Source of the DNA: Utricularia gibba
Lineage: Eukaryota > Plantae > Magnoliophyta
NCBI GenBank assembly: GCA_002189035.1
Contig: NEEC01000008.1
Location: 1,116,001-1,180,000, forward strand
Reading direction: 5' to 3'
Length of the DNA stretch: 64,000 nt
Part shown: piece after piece, positions 28,222-40,995 of the stretch
Numbering within the stretch: position 1 is the first letter of the stretch
How the letters are laid out: the number at the start of each line of letters is the position of its first letter
Made by a program: the position numbers and the translations under genes
The notes under the pieces: generated by a model
Told to the model about the DNA's origin: nothing
The model's database searches: none
Seen by the model: only the letters and a program-made list of their open reading frames with translations

Positions 28222-31200
28222 TCATGATTTGGGGATTCTCCTCAGAAGTTTGTACAACCCAAACACGTTGTTTCGCTGCCAAAGGTGTGGAATGAAGAAC
28301 GATCGGTACAATGGTGGCGAGAGCTCCCGGTCTAGATATGGCAATGCTGCTACTACCTGCCACCGGGAAAATTTCGATGAAATTTCAGCACAAGCAAGTG
28401 GTGTGACTGCAAAAAGTTGAGGAGGGACTAGAGATTTTCACCTCCCAAGTATTCAAGTCACTCCCCCTAGGGAGGTATGGTCTTTGAAGATGCAACTCGA
28501 TGAGGAAAGTGCATTTGTCTGTATCTCTGAGCTGCAAAGTGGTTGGAAGAAAATCAAGGTAGCATCAAATACTCATCCAATGCTGTTAGACATGAGTTGC
28601 AGATAGTTTAGATACTGTCATTCAAGATAAATATGAACATGTTGAGGACATGGACAAGAATAGCGTAGTGCTAGAATTTTTTTCCCCTTAAAGCCAAGAA
28701 ATAGTGCTCGATGAGTAAGAAGTTCTTGTATCAAATTAGATTACTAAGAAATTGCAAACGAGCTTACATATTGTTCATCTGATGCCTTGTTTTTGTTATT
28801 GAAGTAAGCTGGGGCTGCAGAGGTTCCACCAAATGAAGAGTTGAATGGGAACGGAAGAAGACCTCTGAATCCATCATCTATCCACCTAGTCTCTCCAATA
28901 TATGGGGGAACAAGAAATGATGATGGAAACCGGTGCCACTCACTTCCGACACAAAGAACAGAACCTGGATTCATTTTGTGAAAAATAAGTCGCTAGGACA
29001 TGAAAGTGGAGAAAATCAATGGTATGATAAAGATCCTTCGACATCAGTTTTGAGGTCATAAGCCAATTTGCAGAGAAACCAGCAAGCCTCAAACGCAATA
29101 GCAGTTCATAATGAGGAACTTAGTACCTTCAGCTACATCATCATGGTGCTCCAAATGCTTGTATATCTCCAACGGAGCTGAATAACCATTAATCAAAGAA
29201 AATGTCCTAGAGTGTGAAGCACACAAAATAACTCCAAGAACCATAGGCCGCAAGGCTTTAGCAATCTGTGTAGGCAATACAGAAATAAGTTCTACAAAAC
29301 AAACTGATAAAGCGAAATCTAAATTAACAGACAAGAAAATTTACCACAAGAAAAACAGATGCATCATTGGGATTGTACTTATCCACAAATAAGTCAGGAA
29401 ATGCATCAATGACAGCGGCAGCAGAAACACAAATAAGGGGATATATTGGATAAAGAAATCTGCAGGAAAAAAAAAAAAAAACACAAGCAGAATTATAGTG
29501 GTTTACAAATTTCCATCACTTATACGTGGGAATGCTATAAGAAATTGTGAGAAACACAGGATAGCATGGCCGTAAAAGCATGATAAAGGAAATTCATACC
29601 TCTCTTCCTTGTGTGCTTGCAAAGACATAAAAGCCAGCCAAATATAGATTGGAGATACGACAACCAACAACTCAGGAACATACTTCTTCTTCACAGCGGG
29701 GAGCATCAAAACAAAAAACAAAGCAAGGATGAAACAAAAATTGAAGTTATTGAAGCCATTCTTCAGGTAGAATAATGGCCCTTCAGTACCATATAGGTGA
29801 CTCTCACCACCACCAAGAACATTATATACTAACAAATTCAGAACAGATGAAGTCCACTTCCCATAGAAGAAGTAATCGACAACCACCGAAGAAGCCTGGG
29901 AATTAGAGAATTTCAAATTTGGATCAAGAAAAAAATATGCTCAACGAAAAAAAAAAGGGAAAAAATCGGGATTACAAGTCACAATTCAAATTTTAGAGTA
30001 TTTGTAAACTGGACTTACCAAAAGAATAATGGATGTCACAGCACCAGTTACAAATCCAAGTTTAAATTTTCTAAGTAGCGAGAAAATTGTAATCGGGAGA
30101 AATGCCAAGATTGAGAAAGGCCACCCTAGAATGACTCCACCAGCGGCAATGGAAATAGAAGCAACAGGCTTCTCAAAAAGAAAAAATGCACTTGACAGAG
30201 ACATGGCATACATAGAAAATGAACTTGGCAAGAAACCTGGACGTGAATAAAAAAATGTAAATGTTAAGAGAAGCAATATAATTAAAACATCACCATTTTT
30301 TGAGAAGATTTTGAACGCAACTTCCAAGTCTCCTAACTAAATGATTGTCATGCCTGTTAAATTTGCAAAAGAACACACGCAACTTTACAAAAATGAGTAA
30401 AACAAGTGACGGTGAGTACGTACTGGTGCTGGCAAAGAAACAACCGCTAGTCAAGCATAGCATTGCAAGTGTATATGAAGCAAGACGCTTTCCGTACTTC
30501 CTTGAAAGCGCCACAACAAGGGCAGCATCAGCTATGACAGAGAGAATGCCAAGGAAAATCCTCACAGAATAGAAGACCCTAACCTGAATATTAGAGAAAA
30601 AAAAAATGAGACAAAACAGGCTCAAACAGGCAGTAAACGTCAAACAGATAGTAGTGAGGCGATGTTACTTTTTCATCTCCAAACCACTGAGAAGCAGGCC
30701 ACCCAACTATCTTGTGGAAAAGAATATATAAATATGACCTCAGTGCAAACTGGGAGCTGCAAGGCATCCAAGGATCTCGGTATAGAACTCCGACAAAAAA
30801 TCATCACGTAACCACCAATTGCAATTGCACAGTAAAAAAAGGCGGAAAATTTTGAAACTTATATAACCAAAATTACCACACTTCACGCAATCACCACATT
30901 CTAAGCGACATGAAACAAGAGCATTAGCGTGAAAAGGAACTAGTAAACTATCCCCAGATGCTGCAACATCAGCTGAGTACAATTTCGATGAAGGGCCTGA
31001 ATTAAACCCTAGGAAACAAACTTAATGAAACAACAATCGAACTACATTAAAACCTCCAACCTGTATTCCCAAGTCTGAAAGCCAGACTTATAGAGAAGAA
31101 AATGAAGAGGTTCCCAGTAATTGAACACTTCATCGCAGTCGTGTATAATATTCGACGAAGCGCTCATGTAACGAAGCAAGCCGAGTGACAAGATCGGCAA

Positions 31201-31335
31201 GAACCACCCGAGACCACGATCGCCATTTCCAGCGGAGCTTCCCGGCTTGTCAAGCTTAGAATACGGAGTCGCCGGCGCCGGAGTATCCTGGGAACCCATC
31301 GGAGGCTGCCGCCGTTGCCTTGTTGTCGTAGCCAT
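28222..31335 (-). CDS. ALG9: Dol-P-Man alpha-1,2-mannosyltransferase ALG9 (EBS3), multi-exon
   Basis: NIIHDCDEVFNYWEPLHFLLYKSGFQTWEY, RPGFLPSSFSMY, GGVILGWPFS, SHLYGTEGPLFYLKNGFNNFNF, QAHKEERF, CVGSEWHRFPSSF, LPYLDRELSPPLYRSFFIPHLW...*. Confidence 0.96.
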
Positions 31336-31948
31336 TTCCCTTTGGCGCTGTAAGTTGTCCGTCGTGCTGCGTTCGCAGCTTTGAAAATCAAATTCCTGTC
31401 TTTATGAAAGTTCTTCACATTGTGGGTCGGGTCCCAAAAGATACGGGTCGAGTAACAAAATATCAAGCTTAATACCATATTTAATATATTTTTATTCCAA
31501 TTATTTATTGTGATCATTTTAATAATATTAAATATAAATTTAATTATAAATTTTATATCAAACATTTTTTACCAATACAATTATATTTTTAAATTAATTA
31601 TTTTATGTAAATTATTGTATAAACTTCCTAATTCTACTTTTAAGAAATAAAAATAGAAATCATGTCTTTATAAATCACAAATAGATTATAAGTTATTTTC
31701 AAAAATAATTTATAGTATTATAATGTATAAGAAAATATTTGATAGTATAGATTATAAAATTTATATTCAAATATATATATATATATCATTGTTTAATTAA
31801 CTAATATATGCATATTAATCTTATATAATTATATTATTTACATATTCATTTTTTTAAATAATATATGTAAAGAAAAATAAATTAATTATATCAATATCAT
31901 TCTATTTCCATACTCAAACTTATATTCTTGAAAATCAAACATTATACG

Positions 31949-31987
31949 TAAATAAATAAATAAATAAATATATATATATATATATAT
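31949..31987. repeat. Compound microsatellite (TAAA)n(TA)n
   Basis: taaataaataaataaataaata followed by tatatatatatatatat, read directly. Another (AT)8 lies at 31771-31786. Confidence 0.9.
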
Positions 31988-32164
31988 CCAATTAATATAA
32001 ATATTTTATATATTCTAAAAATTATGATTTTTATATATTAATATGAATAATTTCTCAGTATATTCTTCTTGCAAATGGGAAAAGACCGTACTCGAGGTTT
32101 CGTGCCTCCCTCTCCGTACACAAAAAGATAATGCAGGGCTCCATGTCTCACCTTCGTAACCAGA

Positions 32165-34066
32165 CTAGTCTACCATGAGCTGAGGCTGTTTATCAAATCG
32201 TATGGCTTCATTGTCAACATGGCTACTGAAATCAAAGCTTCGGGCGACGTCGAAGAAATGCGCTACTGCTTCTTCCGGGGTGGAAACGAGAACTCCATGG
32301 CCGAGGTTCAGGATATGGCCCTTTGTCCCTGCACAGCTCACTACCCTGAAAAGTGAATCAAGTGAAGGGTATTAGCAATGTATCAGATAGGGGAGGCTCA
32401 CTACTTACAAATGAAGAAAATTGTCAGTATGGTATATGAATGTTGAATGATCTGGATAAGATATCTAACCTTTTGATTTCATCAGTGAGTGCAGGGAGGG
32501 GAGAAAACAGGTAGGCGGGATCAACATTTCCTTGGATGCTGATATCGTTTCCCAGTCGTCTCCTTCCGTCGGCCATGTCAATAGTCCAGTCGAGACCAAT
32601 TACGTCAACTCCAGTGGCTTTCATCCGCTCAAGAACTCCACCGTTTCCATTGATGTAGAGAACAAGGGGTGTTCTTGGGCACCTCTGCTTAACTGCTTTC
32701 ACTATCTGAATGAACAGAATGCACAAGTTTCAACATGGAATCATCTTCTATTTGAACCACTGAAGCCTGATATTTTTCCGAGTAAAGCACACAAAATTAC
32801 CTGGGTTATGTACGGCTTTGACCAAATATCCCACATATGAGGCGGGAGCTGACCACCCCAAGAGTCAAAAATCTGGATGCAGTGAGCTCCAGACTCCACT
32901 TGGAAGACAATATATTCCGTAATTGCCTCAGTCAGATGGGATAGAAGACTTTTGAGAAGCTCGGGTGATGCACTGCACATGCTTTTTATTGTCGTGTAGG
33001 TGCGAGTCGTTCCTCCTTCAACTATATATGTAGCAATAGTCCACGGAGCTCCCACGAAGCCCAAAACTGCAGCTCGCTCACCTACCTAAAATAAACAGCA
33101 CGAAGCGTCTCTTTTCAAAGCAACACAATATCCACTGAGAACCATATGTATTTAGAATCATATGCACGGTGGTCCTGCACAAAAATGGACTGACCTCGTT
33201 CCTCAATATACGCAGAGATTCTCCAACAAAATGCAGCTTGTCCAAATCAATGGGGTGCAGTGCTTTCAAATCCTCTTCAGAGCGAATAGGGGAATGTATC
33301 ACAGGACCCTTTACGTCTTCTATGTCAAAAGGAACTCCAAATGCAGGAAGTGGCGTTAGTATGTCAGAGAAAATAATAACTCCATCCGGTCGAAAAGCTT
33401 CCCATGGCTGCAAAGAAATTTGCACAATGAGATCAGTGGTTTCTGATCTCTCCCGGAAGGATGGATATTTCTCGGCAAGCTTTCTATACACAGCCATATA
33501 CCTTCCTGCTTGACGCATCATCCACGCAGGAGGTCGATTAACTGATTCTCTTCGAGCAGCCCTCACAAGAATTGGTTCTGAATAGCATATTCATACACAT
33601 CATAATCATAATCCACCCCCAAAAAAAGCAGGGTGCACTGAGTAAACTAGAAACACAAGTGTAAAATCCAACATGATTATACCGGAAAAAAACGTCGCAC
33701 ATGCACCACATATCACAATCCAGAAAAAAATCCAACACATTCTGACTGCGCAACAGCCGGCATTTTAGGATTTCAGTTCCAGACAGTCAATCCCATCTCG
33801 AAATAATGAGATCATACCCGACGAAGAACTGGAAACCGAGGCGCGGGGAGTGAAGACATAAGGATTCATTTTTCTTCGAGCAGGCACTGCTTTGATCGTG
33901 AACGAGGTGGAGGATTTCCAGCCCACCTCCACAGGTAAACAATTGCATCTGAAACTGCAGTACCGAAAGAAGCATAAATTCTCAAGAAAAGAAAAACGAT
34001 GCTCAAAATTCCGATCAAAGAGATAAGCACAGCAATCGCTTGCCTTGTAAGGACGGAGAAACCCAT
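32165..34066 (-). CDS. HEME1: Uroporphyrinogen III decarboxylase 1 (plastid), multi-exon
   Basis: [71 protein letters not shown]. Start MGFSVLTR at 34066 via GC-AG intron 33949-34043. Stop TAG 32165-32167. Confidence 0.96.
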
Positions 34067-34774
34067 TGAATTGAGCTTACTCTTCACCCGTCGGCGTCAG
34101 TTGGTTCTTCGTCCGTCCCCCTTATCCCAAAAACTACTATCGCTTCTTCTTTGGATAAAACCGCAACAAAATAAACAGTTTATTTTGACAATATATTTTA
34201 AATTATTTATATGTTTATATAATTAAAATTATAGTATAATATTTAAATTAATGTTTTAATACATTTAAAACATGTAAATATGAATGTTTTAATTTTAATT
34301 AAATATTAATTTGACATAATGTTTTAATTTCCTTATTATTAAATATGAATGGAATTAACTAAAAATAATGTAAATTAGTTTTGTAGAAATTATTATTTAA
34401 AAAAATATTTGTCATTATTTTATATAAATTTTTATAATTAAAATTTACATATAATACTATTGAAATAGGATATTTGAAAAAAAAACTTTTTAAAAATAAA
34501 ATGTTAATATTTTGTTTTACTATAATGAAATAGCTAAATCTATTGGATATATAAATTTATATTTCAATCTTAAATAAATAATAATAATTAGACATGTAAC
34601 ATCTATCATATGTTATTTAACCAACTGAGTGCAATGCAATTCAAAAGATTGATTTAGCAAATAGATCGCGTTTTCTTGTCCTAAGGAAAAAAAGGTCAAA
34701 AAAAACAAAGTTACTTGGTTGCACTGCAGAAAAATCCCTTCTCAGGAGAAACGAATGAAGACGTGCACTGCTTC

Positions 34775-37135
34775 TCACTCATCTCCTTGGCTCATGAAGA
34801 ACTCCTCAGGCAGGTAGAATTTCAAACCAACAGCCTAATAGACAAGAATTGCACGAGCTCGTGTCACCACACAGACTTGATAATGATCCCAGAGAATTCA
34901 GAATTGCATGCATCATACCTGCGCAAACTTCAGATCGGAGTCACTGTGATCATTTGATCTTCCAGCTGCATCACCAACATAAAATGAACTGCAAAAGAGC
35001 AGTTGGGTGAGGTGCCCTGTGCCGGGACACAGTTGAGAGAAGAGGACGGATAACACAAACTAACAGGTTGGTGTCAACCGCAAGACCAGAATTGAACCCC
35101 TCCATGATTTTCCACATCCCTGTGTTGGGTTTGCGGAATGGATCATCTTGGTGACCAGAATTCATTCCACATGCAACAAACACCTGAGTAAAACACAAGT
35201 GAATTCTGTGCTGTACAGTTTTTTTTTCACTGAACACATATCATGTACCTGAATCGGCACTTTTACAAGGTTGATGAAGCTTTCAAGCCTACCAAGTTTC
35301 GAATCTATGGCAACCTGCCTCTTTTTCTTCCAGCGGTCAATATTGGATTCATTGGTAAAAATAACCTTCGCATAATCCAGAAAAAAAAGGTAACCAATTT
35401 AGGAAAGAAAGATGAAACATTGTCAGTTGCACATGAAATTACGCACCAGCTTATACCCATCCTTGTACAGACTCTGCAGCCTTTCTGGGATAGAAGGGTA
35501 CATCAGGGACCAGGCGTCTGCTCCTAACCTAATATATATTATTTTTTTCATATGACGTAAAGCACATAATATTTTGTGACCTGCCCGCATTACAAGCCGG
35601 AAATACACATATATCATGATCTTTTGTTTGCTATAAAGAACAGGCAAGATATGCGATTGTCGCCACAGATGAAACATTGAGTAGAAAAAGCCTTGGACAC
35701 AAGAAGTACACTGAAATCTGTTTGTGCTCCACAACACCAAAAACGCACCTTTTTACAGAGGTCTTAGCAAGACAGCCATCAAAATCAAAAGCTGCAATTT
35801 TTTGGGAATCGTGGAGACCCTCATCCTACAAAAAAACGAAAATTTACGAAAAAAACTAAGATTTGCAATGTTTTAACCGCATTGAAATTTTCAATGACTT
35901 TACTGAACTAGAATGGTATGTACTCACTCTCTCAAGAAATATAACAGTCAGGAAGGACTTCCACTTGGGCGGCAAAATAGCATCCTAAAATTGGGAAAGT
36001 AAGAGTTTGTGCAGCATGATATGCTGAATGATTAAATATTACAACAAACACAACCAACTTATTCTTATTCTGGAATAATTCAGAAGGTGCATCTACTACT
36101 ATCAAGAAAGAGCAACCTTTCCCTAACCTCCAAACAGTAATAATATAGAAGGAAATATAACAGAAAATAGTCAGGAATGGCGAACCTTGTAATTATCTTT
36201 GACATCAGATGCAGAGATGGCTACATCGATGTCCAAAGTTTTTCTCCCCTTTGAGGCTGAAAGCTAACATAAATGGTAAATCAGCCAGATTGCTGAAAGA
36301 TAAAGGCAACTCAACACATTCTCTATCATGCAACCGTAAACAACTTGATAAAATAAATGCTTCTCTTCCAGCTACCTTCTGTTTCTTTGCACTTGGCTGC
36401 TCAAAGTCACCCTCGCCCTCATCCCCACTTTCACAAACCTGCATTCAATAAAAAAACAGCGCACTGATAACTCACATTAGCACCAGATAGGGCTGCAAAT
36501 ACAAGGAAGTGAGGAGAGCATACAGAATTCAGAAACTTATTAAGTTCATTTCAAAGAAAATTATACCTTCTCCTCCGACGCGTGTTCATTAGCCATATTC
36601 TTTAAGTGTTCCTGGTCACTACTCTGCACTCGCATCAGACAAGAAAACAAGCAATGGTTATCCACGGAGTTGCCATACATGATAACCCTTTACTTCGCAT
36701 GCCCATACATGAACATTACCGAGTTCCACACGCTTCTTCATAAAGGAGGAAAAGAGAACACACCCACAACCACAAAATTACCGCATGATAAGAGCTAATG
36801 ATCGAAATGAACACCTTAAGAGACGAGAACCCTGTGATTCCCTCAGCTGATGAACACGAATCCAAAGGAAAGCAACTCAAATGATGCCATTTGATCATCT
36901 CAAACCCTCTGGGATCTCTACTGACTAGACCCAGTCTAAGGGAGCTGGCAGCAATTGATTTCGAGCATATCTTACATGACGATCGGCCTGATTTCGCGTA
37001 CTCCGCTACCACTTTCGGCTGTGACATCCTCTTGATTTTAAGAGCGGCACAGAAACTGAAGATGAATCGAGTAGGATTCAGAAATCGGGGCTGTTGGAGA
37101 TTAGGGATTGCTCTGATGCCTGAACTATGAAGCAT
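34775..37135 (-). CDS. ZDP: Polynucleotide 3'-phosphatase ZDP (one PARP-type zinc finger + HAD phosphatase), multi-exon
   Basis: VVAEYAKSGRSSCKICSKSI...LRLG...KWHHLSCF (zf-PARP), AAFDFDGCLAKTSVK (DxD), GADAWSLMYPSIPERL, FRKPNTGMW, SFYVGDAAGR, GLKFYLPEEFF...*. Two in-frame ATGs, at 37135 and 37027. Confidence 0.95.
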
Positions 37136-37389
37136 CTGATTTTCCCGCCTTTCTCATGCCCGTCGGAGACGAGCTGAACCAATTAGCTTAACAGTTACTT
37201 TTTAGTTATTTGCGAGATTGGGATCGACTATGATGCATTCATTATACATGACGACGGTAAAGGGTGTAAAAGGAATTTACTTCACACAAAACACCCAACA
37301 ACGAATGAACAAGAAATTTATTCGCGACCTCCGCTGTCCAGACGAGGAGGCGTTTCTCTCCGGCGTCGGTTGATTCTGATCCCAAACAG

Positions 37390-37621
37390 CTATTCGTGTT
37401 CTTCATTCAGTCGTCTCTGAACTACTGCTCTCCTCCTCTCGATTTCTTTATACTTGTTGATCGCGACGGCGCACACAGCTTCGCCACAGAAATTTTTTTC
37501 TCCAAAATCAGGAATGAGTTTTGAAGAAACAGATCGAATAGCGGTGGCGCTTACCTCCAGCTCCGACGAAGTACATCAGCCGGACGATCTTCGTCTGGAC
37601 CACTCCTGCTGCCGGCGACAT
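37390..37621 (-). CDS. 51-aa single-pass membrane microprotein, 2 exons, absent from the ORF track
   Basis: Exon 37555-37621, intron 37479-37554 (G|GTAAGC donor, CTGAT branch-like site, AAG acceptor) and exon 37390-37478 give MSPAAGVVQTKIVRLMYFVGAGAVCAVAINKYKEIERRRAVVQRRLNEEHE*. Three Site II elements lie immediately upstream. Confidence 0.78.
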
Positions 37622-37699
37622 CGCTTTCGACGACGGTAGGTACTCCTTACGTCCGGTGCTACGGTTTCGCCTTTGCAAATTGGCGTTTTAATTTGGAAT

Positions 37700-37757
37700 T
37701 GGGCTCTAAAAGTTTTGTAAATTGGGCCTGCGGTCCAATTTGATTCAAACAGCCCAG
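37700..37757. promoter_or_regulatory. Site II cluster upstream of the microprotein gene
   Basis: TGGGCT at 37700-37705, TGGGCC at 37723-37728 and AGCCCA at about 37751, 80-135 bp upstream of the ATG at 37621. Confidence 0.65.
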
Positions 37758-37865
37758 ACATATTTACAGTCAAATGGTGAGCAATGAAGCCAATATTACA
37801 GTAGTGAACGGAGCAGAGAACGAGCAAGGCCCTTCTCCAGCAGGCACACAATGAAAGAAGAAGCA

Positions 37866-40256
37866 TCAGTTTTTATTGAAGAGTGACCTTAAGGCTTGAT
37901 ACAGTGCAGAAGCTGCTGCAGGCCTAGGCAAGGAGCCGAGAAGAATCTCCGATGCCGATATCGCAGTTTTGCCGTAGAATCTTGAGTTTACCTGCGTACG
38001 TGTCTTTACTATATTTCCGTCGAGAGAGCAGCCAACAAAGGCACCTGCAAGACCAGCAGCAAGCCCGCGGAGTGAAGTGGATCATATAATCCTGGGCCCT
38101 CTTCTGTTTGTTGCAGTGAGGAAAATAAGAGAGGATTACCTTTGCTGCAGCTGTATGTGTAGCACGCAGCATAACTACCATCACCTGCTCGGAGGTTGGC
38201 TTCAGCAGCCCTCCCCATGAAACCAGCAGCAGCACTTAAGCTTGCTCCGACTGACAGGTGAGCATTCGCACAGAATGTCTTGATGGCAGAGTTCGTTCTC
38301 AGCACAATTATCAAATCTGTCACTTCACCGCCGCCCTATCAGAAGAAGTCACATTCCATGAGAGAACACGTGAATGTTAGTACATCATAGCTTTACAGCT
38401 TCAGGCAGACAAATTGTCTAGATGCTTTTCACATGTTGGAAACATGTGAACAGAATGTCAAATGAGAAGAAGCTCAGATGATGCTAAGATTGAAAAGGAG
38501 TGTCAAAGGGAGAGACCATGGGCGGTTATTATAATAGTACTTGATGAGAATCATATAAAGCTGCAATGCCATCATTTACATACCAGCACTCCCCAGCCAA
38601 CACCAATGGTTGCGATGGACGATGGTGGGGACCAAGATCCATCATCCCTACGAGCAAGCACTATTCCAGTACCTACATTGTAAGTAACCATGAGGCCCAC
38701 CTTTGCCATGCTTAAGATGGCAAGGCCTTTAGCCTGCTTGAGGATTGTACTTGGGATGGACTTTTCAGGTTTGAAGCATCCTATCTGCAGGAGATGAAGA
38801 AGACACAAAGTAAAAATTCCTCATACAACAGTGAACTGAAAATATCCAACAGGCCATACTGCTATTATCGAAGAATGCAGGATCACATGGCAATTTCGCA
38901 ATTGGAACTTGCACATGCTAATCCTTGATGGTTATTTTAGCAGTTTGCAAGAGAATGGTTTACCTTCTCATAATCCTTGATGGTTTTGGTGGCCTTGTAT
39001 ATTTCATATTCCATAGACTGGCCCCATGGAAAATTCAGCCAGGATCTTAATGTACTAAGATCTGTCAGATCATGAGTGGGTGGTTGTGCTGCACGGCTAA
39101 CTTGGTTCATTAAGCACGCCTGGGCAGACTCCAGCCGAATGCAGCATACATCACAGACTCTTTGAGGATCCCCTGTTCGAAATTTTGAAGGCAATAAGCT
39201 TCGCCCACTGGAGCACGAACTACAGAAAAGGCCTCCACAGAATCTGCAGTGGTGCCTTGAGCGCATGATGGGATGGAAACGCATATTGCACAGCATGCAA
39301 GCAGAAGCAGAACTGTCAGGCAACCATTTTGGTGGTTCTGATTCCATGATTTCATGAGCTTTTCCAAAGTCAGCATCTGCAAGTGCTTCAGCCAAATCTT
39401 TCCAGGCTTGCTCCAGTAGGAGGTGTCTTGAAATCCAAGATATACCATAGCTTTTAATGTCATTAGAAGAAAGTGCACTGATTTTCCCTCTTGCAGCCAG
39501 TAGCATATCAAGAACCACATCCCACATGGTCATCTCTTTATCTTCATCAACACAGTCACTCCAACCCAACTCACCATCTGGAAAATAGCTTCCATTAGAG
39601 AAGGAACCCCTACTCCAGTCTACTTGGTCAGTTTCTCGTAATGGAGGAACAGAGACCGGTATCCAAGCACCAGTTTCTTCAGAAAGCGGCGACTCGTAGA
39701 AAAAATATTTACCATGTTTTCTACCAACTGTAGTCAAATTTTCAGCCAATTCCAATACATCCTCCCTGCTAGAAGTTCCATCCACCTTCTTGTTCGGATC
39801 CTTCTCTGGTACTTGAACTTCACACGCCAATTTGAAATGAGAAGTTTCATGAACCTGAACGACGACATACAGAGCTTCATTTGCATGTAAATGAAAGAAG
39901 AAGAAAGGGCTAATTCATTCTCCACGGCCCTCACGGATAAATCAAACTACGGAATAAACGGAATCTACTTTCCCGCAAAGTTGGGATGCGCTTCTATTCA
40001 GGAAAGGCATCGGGCTTCAAAGAAGAAGAAGAAGCACGAATTTCCATGAATACAGTTGATAACAAAAATTCATCATAAAAATACCAATTCAATCCAAAAT
40101 TCACATCAGAAACCAAATAGAACTACTTTGAGATGCTATTCCCCAAGAACACAACCTTACCGTCGGCGTGCAGATACTCGCTGTGTAATCAGGAAGCTCA
40201 ATTTCAGGGTATTCCGCTAAACCGTCGACGGGGAAACCCGTTGATTCGTCCTCCAT
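37866..40256 (-). CDS. FYVE zinc finger + SYLF/Ysc84 actin-binding domain protein (CFS1/At1g29800-like), multi-exon
   Basis: YFFYESPLSEETGAWIPVSVPP. FYVE: WLPDSSASACMLCNMRF...RHHCRFCGGLFCSSCS...RVCDVC. SYLF: EKSIPSTILKQAKGLAIL...GTGIVLARRDDGSWSPPS. First exon inferred as 40161-40256 (MEDESTGF..., ACG|GTAAGG donor). Stop 37866. Confidence 0.9.
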
Positions 40257-40995
40257 GTCAATCCATCTCCAGAGTCCTAGGCTCCCAAGGCACTCGGGAG
40301 GCGTAAAGAAAATACGAATTTTCGTATATATAATAACCCACATCCATTTTTTGTGATCAATATTCGCTTAAAAAATTGCTTCATAAAAATAATCATGTGG
40401 TATTTCTGTTTTATTGTGGTTATTAAAAACTCAATTAATCATTATATAAACAGTAGCTAAATTCTTTTAATGCAACGCCGATAAACAACACCCTAATTCC
40501 GAATCTTCAAGCGTGCAAGTTATTCCAAATAACTCGATTGGATTACGTACTGAATTTAAATATTTTTACACAAATTCATTATTAACGTAATTGGATGTTG
40601 TCTTTTATTTAAAGCTTTTAAATTTATGACAATTTTTAAAATCATAATTATTTTATAAAGTATGTGACTACAAACAATTTAACAACGAAAAAAATAATTT
40701 AAAGTAATAATTTGAAGTTTTAAAAGATAATATGAAATTAAAAATTAATGTTAATAAAAAATAATTTCTGATCGAATTAAAGTCATTTTTTAAAAATCAG
40801 TATAAGAAAATTTAATATATATTTAAAAGATATGAACTAATATAAAACTATAAATCTAATAACATTATCTTATATTGATTACAAATGAAAGATAAAATCT
40901 GCTTCAAATCTCAAAGAATTGGATTCTTATAAAGAAAGTATGAGTTATTATTGAAGTAATAATTAAATATCTTAGAAATGAAATAATTTTGGAAA

